From the IMG/VR virus record IMGVR_UViG_3300031873_001030: DNA of 18,824 nt. The stretch is one strand, 5' to 3'. Positions 16,496 through 18,824 of the stretch are shown here, one piece after another. Both the position numbers and the translations under genes were made by a program. How positions within the stretch are numbered: the stretch's first letter is position 1; each line of letters starts with the position of its first letter. Under the pieces are notes generated by a model. The model had not been told where the DNA came from and made no database searches. It worked only from the letters and a program-made list of their open reading frames with translations. The DNA is from a virus. Its lineage: Duplodnaviria; Heunggongvirae; Uroviricota; Caudoviricetes.

Positions 16496-16864
16496 ATGTT
16501 ACAAAAGTTCGATTGGAGAGGCTTGCCATATGTTCTCCCTCTGATTTTCTTAATTGCAATATCAATACCTGGGGTGATATTTGTTGGAGGAATATTCCAT
16601 GAATGGCTTCATAGTCAGGATTTTGAGACTGAATCCGTATGTATCGACTATACTAACAACTCTTTCATGTACATTACCAGTGCCTACATATACCTTGGCA
16701 ATGAGACCAACAATCACACAAATTTTGACGAAAGAAGCCTTTCCGTATCCAGACATTTCGAGGTATATGCCCTTGAAGGAATAGTAATCGGGATATTATT
16801 TACGCTAATCCTACTATCTTCATTGCTATTGACCAGATTCATAGTGACAAAACATGTGATATGA
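16496..16864 (+). CDS. Small membrane protein with a HExxH motif; putative membrane zinc metalloprotease (M50-like/zincin, minimal)
   Basis: HEWLH (16598-16612) at the end of TM1. HFEVYALE precedes TM2. Confidence 0.55.
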   Translation: MLQKFDWRGLPYVLPLIFLIAISIPGVIFVGGIFHEWLHSQDFETESVCIDYTNNSFMYITSAYIYLGNETNNHTNFDERSLSVSRHFEVYALEGIVIGILFTLILLSSLLLTRFIVTKHVI

Positions 16865-17568
16865 TGCTAAAGACAAACAAGTTGAAACTTGAAAGAATCC
16901 CAATCTGGAAAATAAAAACATCCAACTTCAATATACGAGCCAAGATAGAACCAGACCAAAACCTAAAAAGAAATCTTTATGAAAAAGGACAAATAAACCC
17001 TCTGATAACTCTGAATGACTATACACTGATTTCAGGGTACAGAAGATATGCCGAATTGAAAAGGTTACGTGCAAGAAAAGTGTGGATACTGAAAGTATCA
17101 TATTTGAAAAAGTCAAACGTATTGGAATATCAATTATCTGAAATATTGCATTCAAAAGATATCAATCCTATGGACAAAGGGCGTGCATTCAAGAGACTTA
17201 TGGATTTGAAGAAATTATCAGTACAAAAGCTTTCAAAAATCCTGAACATCCCAAAACACACATTAGAATGGCATCTGAAACTGTTAAAACTTCCAAAAGC
17301 CATCAAGTCAGACATATCTGAAGGAAGGCTCAAGCCATATGGGATAAGGATGCATAGACTATATGGAAAGAAGAGGATACGGACAAGGAGTGACTTCATA
17401 CTATCTTCAAATGATATTCTCTTCGATTCATTCCTGAAAAGGATAGCTGCAATGCGGACCTTGATACCGCAAATCGAATATACAGAAAACCAAAGCAAAG
17501 AGGCAAAAATACTTATTAAGGAACTGCTAACTATCATTGAAAAGAACGGAGGTGCAAATCATGTTTAG
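16861..17568 (+). CDS. parB: ParB/Spo0J-like protein (ParB-N domain + HTH)
   Basis: N-I-R, GQINPL (box I), LISGYRR (GxxR box II), KDINPMD and the HTH-like LSVQKLSKILNIPKHTLEWHLKLL. Confidence 0.82.
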   Translation: MMLKTNKLKLERIPIWKIKTSNFNIRAKIEPDQNLKRNLYEKGQINPLITLNDYTLISGYRRYAELKRLRARKVWILKVSYLKKSNVLEYQLSEILHSKDINPMDKGRAFKRLMDLKKLSVQKLSKILNIPKHTLEWHLKLLKLPKAIKSDISEGRLKPYGIRMHRLYGKKRIRTRSDFILSSNDILFDSFLKRIAAMRTLIPQIEYTENQSKEAKILIKELLTIIEKNGGANHV

Positions 17569-17680
17569 CCAATTAGCCAGAAAGGGAACAATCTCATTCT
17601 CACTGAAGAAGATTGTAGTCCTGATAATATTATTTGCAATAGCTATAATCGCATATCTGATAATTACAAAGAAGAAATAA
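17561..17680 (+). CDS. 39-aa single-TM microprotein (MFSQLARKGTISFSLKKIVVLIILFAIAIIAYLIITKKK)
   Basis: SD GGAGGTG at 17548-17554. One hydrophobic helix flanked by lysines. Confidence 0.7.
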   Translation: MFSQLARKGTISFSLKKIVVLIILFAIAIIAYLIITKKK

Positions 17681-17702
17681 GATATCAAAAACAAGGTATT
17701 AC

Positions 17703-18824
17703 ATGACAAGAAGCGATTTCCTAAAAATACTAGAGCCGTCTGAAGAGAAAGAAGAAAAACCAGAGAAACAACCAGAGGAAACTATCATCCAAAAACCCGA
17801 AGAAGATGTTAATGAGGAAAAAAAAGATGAAATAGAGGAACAACCATCTCCAAGTCCAATTCCTGAAGTAACCATAGAGCTAATAGAAGACACAAGCAAA
17901 ATAGAAAAGTACAAACCTATAATTGAAGACATGGTGATAAAAAAAAGCGACTTGAAACAAGTCGATGAAGTTACCTTAGAAGACAAACTGATAAGCAAGA
18001 AACAACCAGACTGGAAACTAGCCGCCGAAGCTGCAAAAACTGTGCATGTAGAGCTTTCTGAAGACGAACTTGACAGACTATCCATGTCTCTTTCCGAGCA
18101 AACCAAGGAAGATTTGATGAACACTATACGCAGCCTAAACATAACCGACGTCCGCATTGAACTAGACTCGCGTGCAATCAAAATAATGACCAACATAGTC
18201 AACAAATGCAAAGAACTAAACGTCGACTGGTTCATAGCCATAGTGGGAGGTGAAGGCGTAGGCAAGTCAACCCTAGCCTTAAACTTATTCGCCCTCGTCT
18301 GCAAAATGAATAATGTAAATCCAATAGAGATACTTTTAAGAACATTGATATATGATGAAGACGAACTGTTAAGATTCATATCCTCCGTAGACCCGAGAGA
18401 GAAGTTTCTTGCATTAGACCTAGATGAAGGAGCCAACGTCCTGTTCAATCGTGAAAGCATGCAAACCAAGCGAAGCTACATACTAAAATTCTTCAACGTC
18501 ATGAGATTCCTAAATGCAATAGTCTTCATACCAACCCCAAACATCAAATTCCTTGATAAGAATGTAAAAGCCCACAGAATAAAGTCCATATTCTATATAC
18601 CAAGCAGAGGAACATATTGGTTTTACGATAAAGAACAAGTAGACCGAATGCTAGCCAACGAGACAAGCAAGAAATGGTATTGGGTCGAACCCAAAGCAGT
18701 AGGGTCATTCTCCGTAAACAAGGAACTAGAATCAATCGTAAACCTAATCAAGGAAAACTATATACGAATGTTCAGCGAAAAAGTGAAAACCTTCCTCCAA
18801 TCCGAAGAAAAAAAGAAATACAAA
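17703..18824 (+). CDS. P-loop ATPase with an acidic N-terminal extension (3'-truncated); putative packaging/assembly ATPase
   Basis: The frame is open from ATG 17703 to the window end (374 codons). Walker A AIVGGEGVGKST (GGEGVGKST at 18246-18272) and Walker B FLALDLDEG (18405-18431), followed by IPTPNIKFLD. Confidence 0.9.
   Translation, partial: MTRSDFLKILEPSEEKEEKPEKQPEETIIQKPEEDVNEEKKDEIEEQPSPSPIPEVTIELIEDTSKIEKYKPIIEDMVIKKSDLKQVDEVTLEDKLISKKQPDWKLAAEAAKTVHVELSEDELDRLSMSLSEQTKEDLMNTIRSLNITDVRIELDSRAIKIMTNIVNKCKELNVDWFIAIVGGEGVGKSTLALNLFALVCKMNNVNPIEILLRTLIYDEDELLRFISSVDPREKFLALDLDEGANVLFNRESMQTKRSYILKFFNVMRFLNAIVFIPTPNIKFLDKNVKAHRIKSIFYIPSRGTYWFYDKEQVDRMLANETSKKWYWVEPKAVGSFSVNKELESIVNLIKENYIRMFSEKVKTFLQSEEKKKYK

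Larger units (their letters stand above)
1..18824 (+). mobile_element. Fragment of a putative spindle-shaped archaeal virus (or provirus) genome: structural/assembly module
   Basis: Co-oriented, tightly overlapping small genes. SSV1-VP1-like capsid hairpin (8018), P-loop ATPase (17703), glycosylated fibre/adhesin genes, many Zn-finger and basic microproteins, archaeal SD and TATA motifs, no cellular housekeeping genes. Confidence 0.8.

Noticed and set aside
15564-16784. Alternative-frame + strand ORFs 15564..15779 and 16581..16784
   Set aside because: They overlap translationally coupled genes in other frames (15637..15789 and 16496..16864).
1822-17709. Other minus-strand ORFs in the track (e.g. 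8343, 9586, 12038, 13643, 15965, 17130)
   Set aside because: They overlap better-supported + strand genes, have Ser/Phe/Leu/Ile-rich antisense composition and show no motifs.
17380-17720. TRSDF pentapeptide in both the ParB C-terminal half and the ATPase N-terminus
   Set aside because: Five residues with different codons is compatible with chance.
17699-18469. 256-aa minus-strand ORF
   Set aside because: It is the antisense shadow of the + strand ATPase, which has clear Walker A/B motifs and was missed only because it runs off the window.
1-18824. Stop-codon reassignment explaining the many short ORFs
   Set aside because: TAA, TAG and TGA all end genes at coupled junctions with new SD/start signals, and the long genes are uninterrupted.
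1-18824. tRNA, rRNA, integrase or att site
   Set aside because: No cloverleaf, rRNA-like or recombinase motifs were seen, and intergenic gaps are mostly too short.

Overview
AT-rich window in which every credible gene lies on the + strand. Genes are tightly packed with overlapping stop/start codons (ATGA, TGATG, TAATG), archaeal-type Shine-Dalgarno motifs (GGAGG, GAGGTGA) and TATA-like promoters. It reads as the structural/assembly region of an archaeal spindle (lemon)-shaped virus or provirus. It contains: (1) two very large Asn/Thr/Ser-rich, sequon-dense extracellular proteins, a 5'-truncated repeat fibre and a 1460-aa multidomain adhesin; (2) a 77-aa two-helix protein closely resembling the SSV1 VP1/VP3-type major capsid protein, plus two more copies of this hairpin fused to other domains; (3) a cluster of small basic and Zn-finger proteins missed by the ORF track; (4) an AdoMetDC/SpeD-family proenzyme with an unusual SS|H cleavage site; (5) many small membrane proteins, one with a HExxH motif; (6) a ParB-like protein; (7) a 3'-truncated P-loop ATPase that the ORF track shows only as its antisense shadow. 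No polymerase, integrase, rRNA, tRNA or CRISPR array is visible. Family assignments come from recalled motifs, not database searches.
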